A stretch of 64,000 nucleotides of DNA from an uncultured Cytophagales bacterium (GTDB lineage: Bacteria > Bacteroidota > Bacteroidia > Cytophagales > Bernardetiaceae): the NCBI GenBank assembly GCA_963761725.1, contig CAVXHP010000006.1, forward strand, positions 509,534 through 573,533. The letters run 5' to 3'. Both the position numbers and the translations under genes were made by a program. Below, piece after piece: positions 50,943-61,174 of the stretch. A model generated the notes under the pieces. The model did not search any database. It was not told where the DNA came from and saw nothing but the letters and a program-made list of their open reading frames with translations. Each line of letters starts with the position of its first letter. Position 1 is the stretch's first letter.

Positions 50943-53900
50943 CTATAAATTAATTGCCATTATTGTAATATCATCTCGCTGTTCTTCTTCCTGTCTAAAA
51001 TTCTCTACATCTTCTAATAAAGAACTTTTTTGCATAGAGATTGGTAAATGTCCCCATTCAGAAATTTTCTCTAAGAAGCGTGTTGTACCATATTTTTTAC
51101 GGTCTTTATTGGGTTGGTCTATCAACCCATCAGATGTAAGAAAAAGCATTGTACGAGGCAAAAGTGTAAGATGTTGCTCTTCAAAAGGCTTTTTCTTGCG
51201 TTGCACTCCTCCAATAGAACGAGAGGTACCACGTAATTGTACTATTTCCCCTTCTGCTTCTTTGTAAATAAGAGGACGTTTTGCACCTGCAAAATCAACA
51301 TCTATTTTTCCATCTTCTCTATACAAATAACGAATTAAAATTACATCCATTCCATCTGTATTGCTTCCTTCCTCCCCTGTTTGACGTAAAGCACGGCGAA
51401 TTTCGTCATCTAAATATTCCAACATATCGGCTGGCGAAGTAATATCTTTTTCATATAATATTTCTCTCAAAAGTGAACTTCCTACCATAGACATAAATGC
51501 TCCAGGAACACCATGACCAGTACAATCTGCAACAGCTGCATACTGATACCCATTACTATAACCAATCCAATAAAAATCACCACTTACAATATCCTTTGGC
51601 TGATAGACAACATAATGGTCTCCTATCGAACGCTTTATTTCTTTTTCTGTCGGAAGAATTGACTCTTGAATAGTTTGTGCATAACGAATTGAATCGGTTA
51701 CTTCTTTATTTTTCTGTTCGATTAATCTATATGCTTTTATATTAGAGAGTGCAATAGCTGTAGCCGAGCCAATAGATTGCAAAAGCAGCACATCCTGTTG
51801 AGAATAATCCATTTCATAAAATGTCTGAACTGTCATTACGCCAAATTTATTTCCTTCTGCAATTAAGGGAACGTAAATAAGTGCATAAGGCAAATCGCCT
51901 TTCTCTACTTTTATGTTCTGTTCTTCAAATCTTTTCTTCCATACCTTAGCTACATTATTTACAAATATTGTCTTTCCCGTTGTAAGGCATTCAACAGAAG
52001 GACGATTCGCCTCTGCCATAGAATCTTCATGAGGCTCAAGAATTTCTCCTTTTTCTACAAAATTATTAAAGTCAATTGTATTTTTGCTTTCATTCAGCAA
52101 ACCAATTCCAAATCCTTCTGCTGGCATAAGTCCTCTTACCCTTTCGAAAACTAAATCAATTAGCTCATCTCTGTCAAGTATAGATGTAATCTCCTGTGTT
52201 ATATCACTTAACTTTTTGAGTCTTTTATTAGAATTTTCTAAAGCACTTTTTTGCTTCATTACTTCTTTGTTTGCTTTCTTTAGATATTCAGCCTGAGAAG
52301 CTAGTTCTTCTTTTTGACTATATACTTCTTGGCTTTGTGCTAAAAGCTCTCGTTGTTGTGCCTCTAGTTCTTCTGTTTTCTGGCTAATTTCTTGAGTTCG
52401 TTCTGTAATGAGTGCATTTAATTCTCTGTTTTTACTTTTTAGATTTTTGTCATATAAGTAAGTAAAACCAACAGCTATTAGGAATACAATTCCTACATAA
52501 ATAATATATGCCCACCAACGCTGATACCAAGCATTTTCAACTTCAAAATCTAATAATAATGTATTACTCAATTCTTCTTCTGTATTTTTTGCTTGAATTT
52601 CTAGTGTATATTCTCCAGAAGGAAGTATAGCAAATTCAATTTTATCTTTTGGCGTCCAAGGCGACCAGTTTTCTGTAGAGGGAAGCAAACGATACCTATA
52701 TAGGAGTCTTTCGTTTTTTCCAAAAGCAGGACTTACCATCTCAACAGAAAAACTACTAAAATTAGTAGAAAGTCTGTGTTTCTCAAAGTTAGATACCAAT
52801 GAATCTCCAATTCGGATATGACGCAAGAAAATATACAAAGAATCTGTCTTTATATTTTTTGTCTGTGTGTTATCATATCTATATAACCCTTCCGAAGTGG
52901 CTATCCAACTAAAAATAGGTTTTTTGATATTATCATCTTCAAAAACATATTTTGGATCTTCATAAATAGAGTAAAAATCAGCAGTAGGAAGATTAAGAAT
53001 CGCATTTTCAATCAGCTTTCCATCTTGATAATAGAAAAGCTGTTTGTCCTTTACGACCCAATAAGATTTGGAAATAGAGGCATTTTCTGTCAAAGAATAA
53101 TGCACAAATTTATCTATAAGAGAAATATCAGCATTAACAAAATCCTCTGCTGAGAAATTAGTATTTTCTTTTGTATTATCTAATACAACAGCTGAAGCAA
53201 ACTCATTTTTGAGTGTATCCAGATAATAAATCCCTCTTGAAGTAGCTACAAAAAGTTGATTATTACTTACTACCAATTTTCTTATTTCTGTATTAGGAAT
53301 ACCTTTCAGGGAATCATAATAAGTGGTTTCGTATTCTTTTTCTCTACCTAGCTCAACCTTGATTTTGATGATTCCTTTGTACTGCGTTTCTGCCCAAAGT
53401 TGGTTGTCTTTTAGCTGCACTATTCTTTTCAAAGGTTCATCTAATGGCGTATCTTCTATCTGAAAATAAGAATACATCATTTTTTTGAGTCCTTCTGAAG
53501 TAGAAATATACACTCTTCGTGTATCAGTCTCGTCAATTAAAAAGTGTTTTGCTTCTACTTCACTTACTTTCTCTATTCTTCTTCTAAGTGGATTAAGAAC
53601 GAAAATACCTGCTTGTCCTGCAATAAGCAAAGCAGAATTTCTATCATTATATTGATACACCTCCAAATCCCATACCTGCCCTACTATTCCATCTACATTT
53701 TCCCAAATCTGCAATTTAGGATTGTGATAAGAAAGACCTTGCTCAGTGGCGGCATACAAAATATTATTGAAGCGAATTACTTTATGTACCTTTCCTAATC
53801 TACTTTGTTCACCAAAATAAGTATATGCCCAAGAGGTTTGAACATGCGAAATTCCTTTACTAAGTGCCACCCACAAATCTCCATTTGTGTCTGTATGAAG

Positions 53901-54869
53901 CCCCCAAACTGCTTTGTCTTGTAAACCTTTTAATTCTGAAATTTGGTTTTTCCATTTTCCATTTTTGTCAAGTAGTACAATACCATCATTGGCTGTACCT
54001 ATAGCAAGTTGCTCATTCTTCAGAGCTACAATAGAATGAACTTGATTTTTATTAAAAAATTCCTTTTGTTCAATATCAAATTTGGAAATCTTATTTTTGA
54101 TTGAATTATAGTTATAAAATTCTCCATTTTTTGTAGCTATGAGAACTACATTTTCAGAATATTTTACCATTCCTACAACACTATTTTCACGCAAAAAAGC
54201 CGTATTTTCTATACTTTTTAAGAAATCATTTTTATACTCAAAGATTCCTAAATCAGCTTCTTGAACATATAATTTTCCATCCATTAAAAAAGCTGATAAA
54301 AATATATTTGCTCGTGGTAATATTACATTAAATTTATCTGCTGCATATCTCAATATAAAATCTTCTGTAAGAAAAAATACTTCTTCCTCCAAAACAATAG
54401 TTTTCCAGACATTATCAAATTTCTTATATTTTTCTGGAACCTTATAGAGCAGTGAAATATACTTTGTAACTCCTAAAGAATCTATATAAGAATACCCCAA
54501 ATCTCCTACTCCACCAACATACATTTTATCTGTGATAGAAGAATAACCCAGTGAACGCACCAAACCAGAACCTCCAATTTTGACACGTTCCCATGTTTTG
54601 CCATCAAAAGAAAGTAAATGAGTAGAATTTCCTATATAGATTACACCGTTTTTATCTTGTTCGATTGCCCAATTTTGGGTAGAAGCATTATATTCTTTTG
54701 GAGAATAATTTTTCACAAAAAGACGACCCGCCTCCTTATAATTAATAGAAGGAACGTTTTGAGTATTTTGATCTTGCTTACTATTTTGTTGTGCAAAAGA
54801 AAGTGTAGAAGAGAAAACACTGATACCGAGAAAAATAAAAAATAGAAAGTAAAAAAGTGTCTGCTTCAT
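50943..54869 (-). CDS. Large membrane sensor protein: periplasmic two-component-regulator beta-propeller/Y_Y_Y domains, a TM helix, a coiled-coil, a GAF domain and a SpoIIE/PP2C-type serine phosphatase
   Basis: 1308 aa with a signal peptide. Propeller repeats appear as GGSGLVRSLGYSS, DGKLYVQEADLGIFEY and NGDLWVALSKGISHV. A TM helix (WWAYIIYVGIVFLIAVGFTYLY) is followed by a long coiled-coil, a GAF-like domain and the C-terminal PP2C motifs DCTGHGVPGAFMSMVG, DGMDVILIRY and LFLTSDGLIDQ. Confidence 0.75.
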   Translation of the reverse strand: MKQTLFYFLFFIFLGISVFSSTLSFAQQNSKQDQNTQNVPSINYKEAGRLFVKNYSPKEYNASTQNWAIEQDKNGVIYIGNSTHLLSFDGKTWERVKIGGSGLVRSLGYSSITDKMYVGGVGDLGYSYIDSLGVTKYISLLYKVPEKYKKFDNVWKTIVLEEEVFFLTEDFILRYAADKFNVILPRANIFLSAFLMDGKLYVQEADLGIFEYKNDFLKSIENTAFLRENSVVGMVKYSENVVLIATKNGEFYNYNSIKNKISKFDIEQKEFFNKNQVHSIVALKNEQLAIGTANDGIVLLDKNGKWKNQISELKGLQDKAVWGLHTDTNGDLWVALSKGISHVQTSWAYTYFGEQSRLGKVHKVIRFNNILYAATEQGLSYHNPKLQIWENVDGIVGQVWDLEVYQYNDRNSALLIAGQAGIFVLNPLRRRIEKVSEVEAKHFLIDETDTRRVYISTSEGLKKMMYSYFQIEDTPLDEPLKRIVQLKDNQLWAETQYKGIIKIKVELGREKEYETTYYDSLKGIPNTEIRKLVVSNNQLFVATSRGIYYLDTLKNEFASAVVLDNTKENTNFSAEDFVNADISLIDKFVHYSLTENASISKSYWVVKDKQLFYYQDGKLIENAILNLPTADFYSIYEDPKYVFEDDNIKKPIFSWIATSEGLYRYDNTQTKNIKTDSLYIFLRHIRIGDSLVSNFEKHRLSTNFSSFSVEMVSPAFGKNERLLYRYRLLPSTENWSPWTPKDKIEFAILPSGEYTLEIQAKNTEEELSNTLLLDFEVENAWYQRWWAYIIYVGIVFLIAVGFTYLYDKNLKSKNRELNALITERTQEISQKTEELEAQQRELLAQSQEVYSQKEELASQAEYLKKANKEVMKQKSALENSNKRLKKLSDITQEITSILDRDELIDLVFERVRGLMPAEGFGIGLLNESKNTIDFNNFVEKGEILEPHEDSMAEANRPSVECLTTGKTIFVNNVAKVWKKRFEEQNIKVEKGDLPYALIYVPLIAEGNKFGVMTVQTFYEMDYSQQDVLLLQSIGSATAIALSNIKAYRLIEQKNKEVTDSIRYAQTIQESILPTEKEIKRSIGDHYVVYQPKDIVSGDFYWIGYSNGYQYAAVADCTGHGVPGAFMSMVGSSLLREILYEKDITSPADMLEYLDDEIRRALRQTGEEGSNTDGMDVILIRYLYREDGKIDVDFAGAKRPLIYKEAEGEIVQLRGTSRSIGGVQRKKKPFEEQHLTLLPRTMLFLTSDGLIDQPNKDRKKYGTTRFLEKISEWGHLPISMQKSSLLEDVENFRQEEEQRDDITIMAINL

Positions 54870-55304
54870 ATACGGTATTAAGTATGAGTATCAAACAGAG
54901 AAAAGCTAAATAAGTTTAGAATTTTTGAAAGTTTAGATGAATGGTTCATAATCTAGGATTAGATCAAATTTGAGATCAAAAATAACTCGTTTCTTTGGAT
55001 GAAGGAATATAGAAATTAGTTACACAAAGCATTATTTGAATAGTTATAGTATTTCTTTATTTGAGCTAATTGTAGAAAAAATGGAGAATTGTAATTTATC
55101 AATAAAATAAGTAATTTAACTTTATTCAAAAAAATGTTTCATTAAAAATAAGATTCAAAGAATCAAAAAATACGTTCTTCATACTGATACTTGTAACTCT
55201 TCATTTACTTTATTCCTCTGCGTTCTTTGTAACTCTGCATTTAAATCGTATTTTGTTTGTATTACTTCTAAAATCTGACTTCTAACTTCATACTTTATTT
55301 ATAT

Positions 55305-56976
55305 ATGACAATTACCAACGCCACCGAAAAAGGAGCAACACCAACAGGAACAAAACTAAACACAAAAGGCTGGCAACAAGAAGCCGTTTTGAGAATGCTC
55401 TACAATAATCTTGACCCAGATGTAGCCGAAAGACCAGAAGACTTAGTCGTTTATGGTGGAATTGGAAAAGCTGCAAGAAATTGGGAATCTTTTGATTTGA
55501 TTGTAAAAGCTCTCAAAAATATGAGTGATGAACAAACCCTTCTTATCCAATCTGGAAAACCTGTTGCCATTCTCCCAACTCATAAAGATGCTCCTCGTGT
55601 CTTGATTTCTAATTCTATGTTAGTTCCTCGTTGGGCAACTTGGGATCATTTCAACGAACTAGACAAAAAAGGATTGATGATGTACGGACAAATGACTGCT
55701 GGTTCGTGGATTTATATCGGAACGCAAGGAATCGTACAAGGAACGTATGAAACCTACGCCGAACTGGCAAGACAACATTACAACGGAACGCTCAAAAATA
55801 CATTGAATGTAACTGCTGGATTGGGTGGAATGGGTGGAGCGCAACCTCTAGCAATCACAATGAATGAAGGAGTTTGTTTGGCTGCCGAAATAGAAGAATG
55901 GAGAATCGATAAGCGTATCGAAACACGTTATTTAGATGAAAAATATCTTGATATAGACGAGGCGATTGATGCGTCATTAAAATACAAAAAAGAAGGTAAG
56001 AATAAATCTATCGGAGTAGTCTGTAATGTCATTGATTTACTTCAAAGATTGATTGATAGAAATATTACGCCTGATACTTTGACAGACCAAACTTCTGCTC
56101 ACGATGCTTTAAACGGCTATTTTCCAGAAAACATGAGTGTTGCAGAAGCAAATACATTAAGAGATGCAAACCCAAAAGATTATACTGAACGTTCGCTTGA
56201 CACAATGGCGCACCACGTAAAACAAATGTTAGAACTTCAAAAAAGAGGTGCAATTACGTTTGATTATGGAAATAATCTAAGAGGACAAGCAAAAGACCAA
56301 CGAGATGTAAAAAACGCTTTTGATTTTCCGGGGTTTGTTCCTGCTTATATTCGACCACTTTTTTGTGAGGGAAAAGGTCCTTTCCGTTTTGTGGCACTTT
56401 CGGGAGATGAGCAAGATATTTTTGAATGTGATAAAGTTTTATTAGAATTATTCCCAGAAAATGAATCGTTGCATCGTTGGATAAAAATGGCACAAGAACG
56501 CATTGCTTTTCAAGGTTTGCCAGCTCGTATTTGTTGGCTTAGTTTGGGAGAACGTCAAAAGGCTGCTTTAGCATTTAATGAACTTGTCAAAAATGGAACG
56601 TTGAAAGCTCCTATCGTAATTGGAAGAGATCATCTGGATTCGGGTTCGGTGGCTTCTCCAAACCGAGAAACTGAAGCGATGTTAGACGGTTCTGATGCTG
56701 TGGCAGATTGGCCTGTTTTGAATGCGCTCATTAATACGGCTGGTGGTGCGACGTGGGTTTCGCTGCATCATGGAGGAGGCGTAGGAATGGGTTATTCTAT
56801 TCACTCTGGAATGGTAATTTTGGCAGATGGAACGAAGGAAGCACACGAAAGACTCAAAAGAGTATTGCACAATGACCCTGCTATGGGCGTTACTTCGTCA
56901 TGCTGATGCAGGTTATCAGAAGGCACTAGACTGGGCAACAGAATTTAATCTGAATTTGAAGAAGAATTTGGGGTAG
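55305..56976 (+). CDS. hutU: Urocanate hydratase, with a +1 frameshift about 25 codons from the C-terminus
   Basis: [32 protein letters not shown]...[10 protein letters not shown]...[15 protein letters not shown]. The listed ORF ends ...[10 protein letters not shown] at 56906. The +1 frame continues [26 protein letters not shown] to 56976, which is the conserved HutU tail. An extra base lies in gttACTTcgt at ~56892-56895. Confidence 0.85.
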
Positions 56977-57101
56977 GGATTTATTTGATGATTACCTGTT
57001 TCGAACTTTAATGTTTGAAATGGGTAATTTACCTAGATAACTTAAATCTATTTTTTTCGTATCTTGTATTACAATCATTTTACAGTCAAAAAAAACAAAT
57101 T

Positions 57102-57350
57102 ATGCCATCTGAAAACCTAAATTTTAGTCTATTAGATAATTATTTGGCTTTACTAAATCAGCTTAGTACCAATCATAAATTGGAGTTGATAGCCAAATTA
57201 TCTAAGTCTATGCAAGAAGAAAAACCTGTACAATCTACTAGAAGTTTTGGAGAACTTTTCGGTGCGCTAAAAGGAGAAAAATCAGCCGAAGAACAAATAG
57301 AAGAAATTAGAGCAGCTAGAAAATTTACTAGAAATATTGAAGAATTATAG
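57102..57350 (+). CDS. Putative VapB-like antitoxin
   Basis: MPSENLNFSLLDNYLALLNQLSTNHKLELIAKLSKSM... Its stop is 2 bp before the VapC start. Confidence 0.5.
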   Translation: MPSENLNFSLLDNYLALLNQLSTNHKLELIAKLSKSMQEEKPVQSTRSFGELFGALKGEKSAEEQIEEIRAARKFTRNIEEL

Positions 57351-57351
57351 A

Positions 57352-57747
57352 ATGAATTACTTACTAGATACCAATATCTGTATTTTCTATTTGAACGGAA
57401 AGTTTGATATGAAAACCAAAATAGAAAAGGTAGGATTGACAAATTGCTATATTTCTGAAATTACAGTTGCTGAACTCAAATTTGGAGCAGAGAAAAGCGA
57501 TAGACAGGAAGAAAAAAGAATTATCATTTCTGAGTTTATTTCTCAACTACAAATTGTACCTATATTCAGTTCTATTGATTTGTATGCAATAGAAAAAGCT
57601 AGATTAAGTAATGAAGGAATGATAATCGATGACTTTGATTTACTAATTGGTGTTAGTGCTATTGTAAATACTATGATTATGGTAACAAATAACACAAAGC
57701 ATTTTGAAAGAATAAAAAATATAGAACTACAAGACTGGACGAAATGA
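57352..57747 (+). CDS. vapC: VapC-family PIN-domain ribonuclease toxin
   Basis: MNYLLDTNICIFYL...VAELKFGAEKS...DLLIGVSAIVNTMIMVTNNTKHFERI is the classic VapC signature. Confidence 0.8.
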   Translation: MNYLLDTNICIFYLNGKFDMKTKIEKVGLTNCYISEITVAELKFGAEKSDRQEEKRIIISEFISQLQIVPIFSSIDLYAIEKARLSNEGMIIDDFDLLIGVSAIVNTMIMVTNNTKHFERIKNIELQDWTK

Positions 57748-59091
57748 TTTTTATTTTAGGTTAAAGAATTTAATCTTCATTTGAAGAAATTTGGGTAGAT
57801 TTTTTTACATACTAATTCAAGCTTACGCTTGAATTAGGTATTTTTTTAAAGATTAAATTATGAAGAAACGAAGTATAGATTACTTGAAAGAAATGTAGAA
57901 AATTTGATTATTGGCTGGGCAAAACAAATTCAAAAAGAGCAAACATAGAAAATCATGTATGATTCTCTTTACGATTCTTGGAGAAAACTCATTTATATTC
58001 CCATTTTGAAGATGCTTATTTTAATTGAGAATAGGAATCCATTGACATATTTAAAGATTATGATAAAGACATTATTTATATTAATGGAAAAGTATTTTTC
58101 TAAGACAATGCATTCAAAAAATAAGGGAAATCAGAATTATGATAAGGTAAGTAAATGATTTTACAACTGAAATAAGAAAATTGTATTACTTCAAAAAAAA
58201 TTGGAAACATCATTAAGCAGTATTGACATACATAAAGGGATTATCAAGAAAATTGATGAAGAGTTACTAAAAGAAAATTATAAAAACAAAAAATCATTTT
58301 CAATACAAACAATGCTGTGAGGTTTTCAAATAAGGGGAAAGACTAATACAGTCTTGAATTTGCTCTACGAAACCAAAATAAAAAATTTATACGTTGTTAT
58401 AAAGATAACTTTATTATTCAATCCTACTGAAAGAAACATAAGTAACAATGAACTATTAGAGAAACAGAGCTTTTATTACAACTTGAAAAAGTAGAGTTAG
58501 AAAATGTAAAAATTATTTTACGACTCACACAATCCGTCTGGGATACTTACACAAGTAGAATTAGATTATTTTTTAGAAAAAATTTCTATTTCTGTAAGTA
58601 CAATAAAAAAATTAGAAAATTCATTGAAATAATAAAATCAAATCAAAAAATATTATGGAAGTTAAAACAACAGATTCAAAATTTATATAAAAAGTTAGAT
58701 AATGCAAATGGAGAACTAAGAAATTGAATGCATTATCCAAACTATTCAAAGTTATATTTCAGACCTACCCAATGAAAAAGAAAAACAATGGGCAGAACAA
58801 GATTTTAAATATTATCTAACCAAAAGGATTCAGAAATCAGAGGAAAGGATTAAGAGAATTGAATATGAAATAAAAATGGAAAACACACTCAGTTAAAAGT
58901 ATCTCAAAAACAAAAAAGCATCATTTATAAAAATGGTGCTTTTTTCAGTAAGGGGAAAGATAATACAGTCTTGAATTTCTTTAAAATGTCTTTTTTATAG
59001 TTGGTTGAATTTTAGTTTCTTGATTAAAAAAAACAATCGTAATTTTTAATTCGTAATTAGCTTCGCTGAATGTTCATTTCGTAATTGATCC

Positions 59092-59721
59092 TTAGTTATG
59101 CAATTCCATAATAATTGTAATTTCTACTTCATCGCCTACGATTGCTGTCGCTGTCCAGCTTCCTGTTCCGACTTCGTAATCTGTACGGTCGATAGTAGTT
59201 TTGGCTTTTATACCCATTACGGTTGTTCCTTTTTTAGCTGGGTGTTGTCCGATTCCTAAAACTTTGAAAGGTAATTCAATGTCTTTCGTTACGTTTCTGA
59301 TTGTCAATTTTCCGTGAGCGATATAATTTTTGTCATCTACTTTCGTAAATTTTGAAGAAACAAAAGTCATAGAAGGATATTCTTCTGCATTGAAAAAATC
59401 TTTTGACTTCAAATGCTTATCTCTTTTTGGCTCTTGTGTATTTACGCTATTGATATCAATCGTAAAATTTGCTTTACTGTCGGCTAGATTTTCTGGGGAA
59501 AAATTCAAATCGCCTTTAAACTTATCAAAACGTCCTGTTGTAGGAACAAAACCGTGGTCAATCGCAAAACTAACTGTACTGTGAGAATCATCTACTTTCC
59601 ATTTGGTCGCATCTGCAAGGGGAGAAAAAGCTGCAAAAGTACCTACCACAAAAACAAATAAAGCAACAATCGAAAAACGAGTAAAATTAAAGGGACGAGT
59701 AATAAACGAATATTTTTTCAT
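59092..59721 (-). CDS. yceI: YceI-family periplasmic polyisoprenoid-binding protein
   Basis: Signal peptide, then KWKVDDSHSTVSFAIDHGFVPTTGRFDKFKGDLNF...HGKLTIRNVTKDIEL (YceI-like fold). Confidence 0.75.
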   Translation of the reverse strand: MKKYSFITRPFNFTRFSIVALFVFVVGTFAAFSPLADATKWKVDDSHSTVSFAIDHGFVPTTGRFDKFKGDLNFSPENLADSKANFTIDINSVNTQEPKRDKHLKSKDFFNAEEYPSMTFVSSKFTKVDDKNYIAHGKLTIRNVTKDIELPFKVLGIGQHPAKKGTTVMGIKAKTTIDRTDYEVGTGSWTATAIVGDEVEITIIMELHN

Positions 59722-59855
59722 AAGTAATGATTTTGAAATCCTGAGTAAGTTAGTAAAACAGAAAAGTATCTGTCTTTACTTCTTTATACCCAAAACTGGA
59801 TTTAATCACCCTCTACTTTTAAAAGTTTTTATTAAAAAATGTTAATCATTTTATT

Positions 59856-59972
59856 TCCCCATTATCAACCTTCGGATTACTGAAGGCTTGCTAAGGGAAA
59901 AATAGCTTTATTCTTTAAAATTTTCTTAACCTCCCTTAGCAATCGTCTGTAATCAGACGTTGATAATGGGAA
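59856..59972. repeat. Two inverted copies of the family-B palindromic element flanking a 35-bp spacer; the right copy overlaps the last 6 codons of the GT9 gene
   Basis: 59856-59897 is TTCCCCATTATCAACCTTCGGATTACTGAAGGCTTGCTAAGGGA. 59933-59972 is CCCTTAGCAATCGTCTGTAATCAGACGTTGATAATGGGAA. Compare 9026-9067. Confidence 0.75.
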
Positions 59973-61053
59973 ACACCACCTCCAAAATCTGTTCTGTTTT
60001 TATGCTCTCTGCACACTCAAAATGACCTTTCGGACAACTTTTAAAACCATGCAAACCACACGGACGACACTCTAATTTTTTCTCCGTTTCGATAATAAAT
60101 GAAGTAGAAGACAAAGGCGTAAACCCAAAAGCAGGAACAGTCAAACAAAAGACAGCACAAACAGGCGCATTGACAGAAGAAGCCAAATGCAAAGGTGCAG
60201 AATCATTTGCCAAGACAAGTTTTGCGTGTTGCATCAAAGCTGCTGACTGCATTAAAGATAATTTTCCTGCTAAATTCTCAATCTTAAAATCTAACTTTTC
60301 TTTTACTTTGAATTTTAAATTATTTTGATTTAATTCTTTTAATTTTGTTTCTATTGTATCAATAATCTTTTGACAATTTTCCGAATCTGACGGCGCACCT
60401 AATAAATAAATGGTAAAGTTTTGAGGTAAAATTTTATTATTAGTTGTTTCTAAAAGTAGCTTTTCTATAAAATCAATCCATTTATGCAAAGGAAATTGTT
60501 TTGTAAACCAGACCGAAGTAGGTGCAATACAAATAAAATCGTTTTTGATAAATTCCTTTATTTTATCTTTATCAGAAGAAGAAGGATATAATTTTGGCTT
60601 CGAAATCTCATTTATAACATTAATTCCTATACATTCTAATACTTTACTATTTCGTTCTATTTCGTGAGGAGAGTTTTTATCTGTCGTAATTATGTGTTCG
60701 TATTTGTGTGTAAAAGCAAAAGAAAAAGGATTTTTTTTGAATCCTGCTTTTAGTTGAGAATTCGAAAAAGCTGTCAAAAGTCCTGTTGCTCCAAAACGTT
60801 GTAAGTTCAGAACGGCATCATAAGACGACTTTCTGACTTTTTTTATCAATTCAAAAAGACTTTTATATTTATTTTTTTTGTCCCAAATCAAAACTTCATT
60901 CAGAAAAGGGTGTTCTTGAAGTAGATTTTCGTTTCCTTTTCTAAGCAAAAAGTCAAGTTTTGCATTGGGATATTTTTTATGAATGGATTCTATAAGCGAA
61001 GTAGCCAAAATTACATCGCCTATAAAAGCTGTTTGTATTAATAGAATTTTCAT
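59953..61053 (-). CDS. Glycosyltransferase family 9 (LPS heptosyltransferase-like)
   Basis: MKILLIQTAFIGDVILATSLIESI...GAPSDSENCQKI...NDSAPLHLASSVNAPVCAVF are GT9 signatures. Confidence 0.75.
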   Translation of the reverse strand: MKILLIQTAFIGDVILATSLIESIHKKYPNAKLDFLLRKGNENLLQEHPFLNEVLIWDKKNKYKSLFELIKKVRKSSYDAVLNLQRFGATGLLTAFSNSQLKAGFKKNPFSFAFTHKYEHIITTDKNSPHEIERNSKVLECIGINVINEISKPKLYPSSSDKDKIKEFIKNDFICIAPTSVWFTKQFPLHKWIDFIEKLLLETTNNKILPQNFTIYLLGAPSDSENCQKIIDTIETKLKELNQNNLKFKVKEKLDFKIENLAGKLSLMQSAALMQHAKLVLANDSAPLHLASSVNAPVCAVFCLTVPAFGFTPLSSTSFIIETEKKLECRPCGLHGFKSCPKGHFECAESIKTEQILEVVFPIINV

Positions 61054-61174
61054 TATATTTTCAGAAGTAGCCGACAGTTTCCAACTGTCGTTTTATATAT
61101 TAACTTCTGACACTTGGAAAGTGTCAGCTACATTTTTTCAAAATTACTTTATTCTTTTCAATATAAATCATAAA

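Noticed and set aside
60983-61174. 5' extension of the M61 peptidase ORF overlapping the convergent GT9 gene
   Set aside because: It is antisense to the conserved GT9 N-terminus. The first plausible start is MLDYKISY at 61175.
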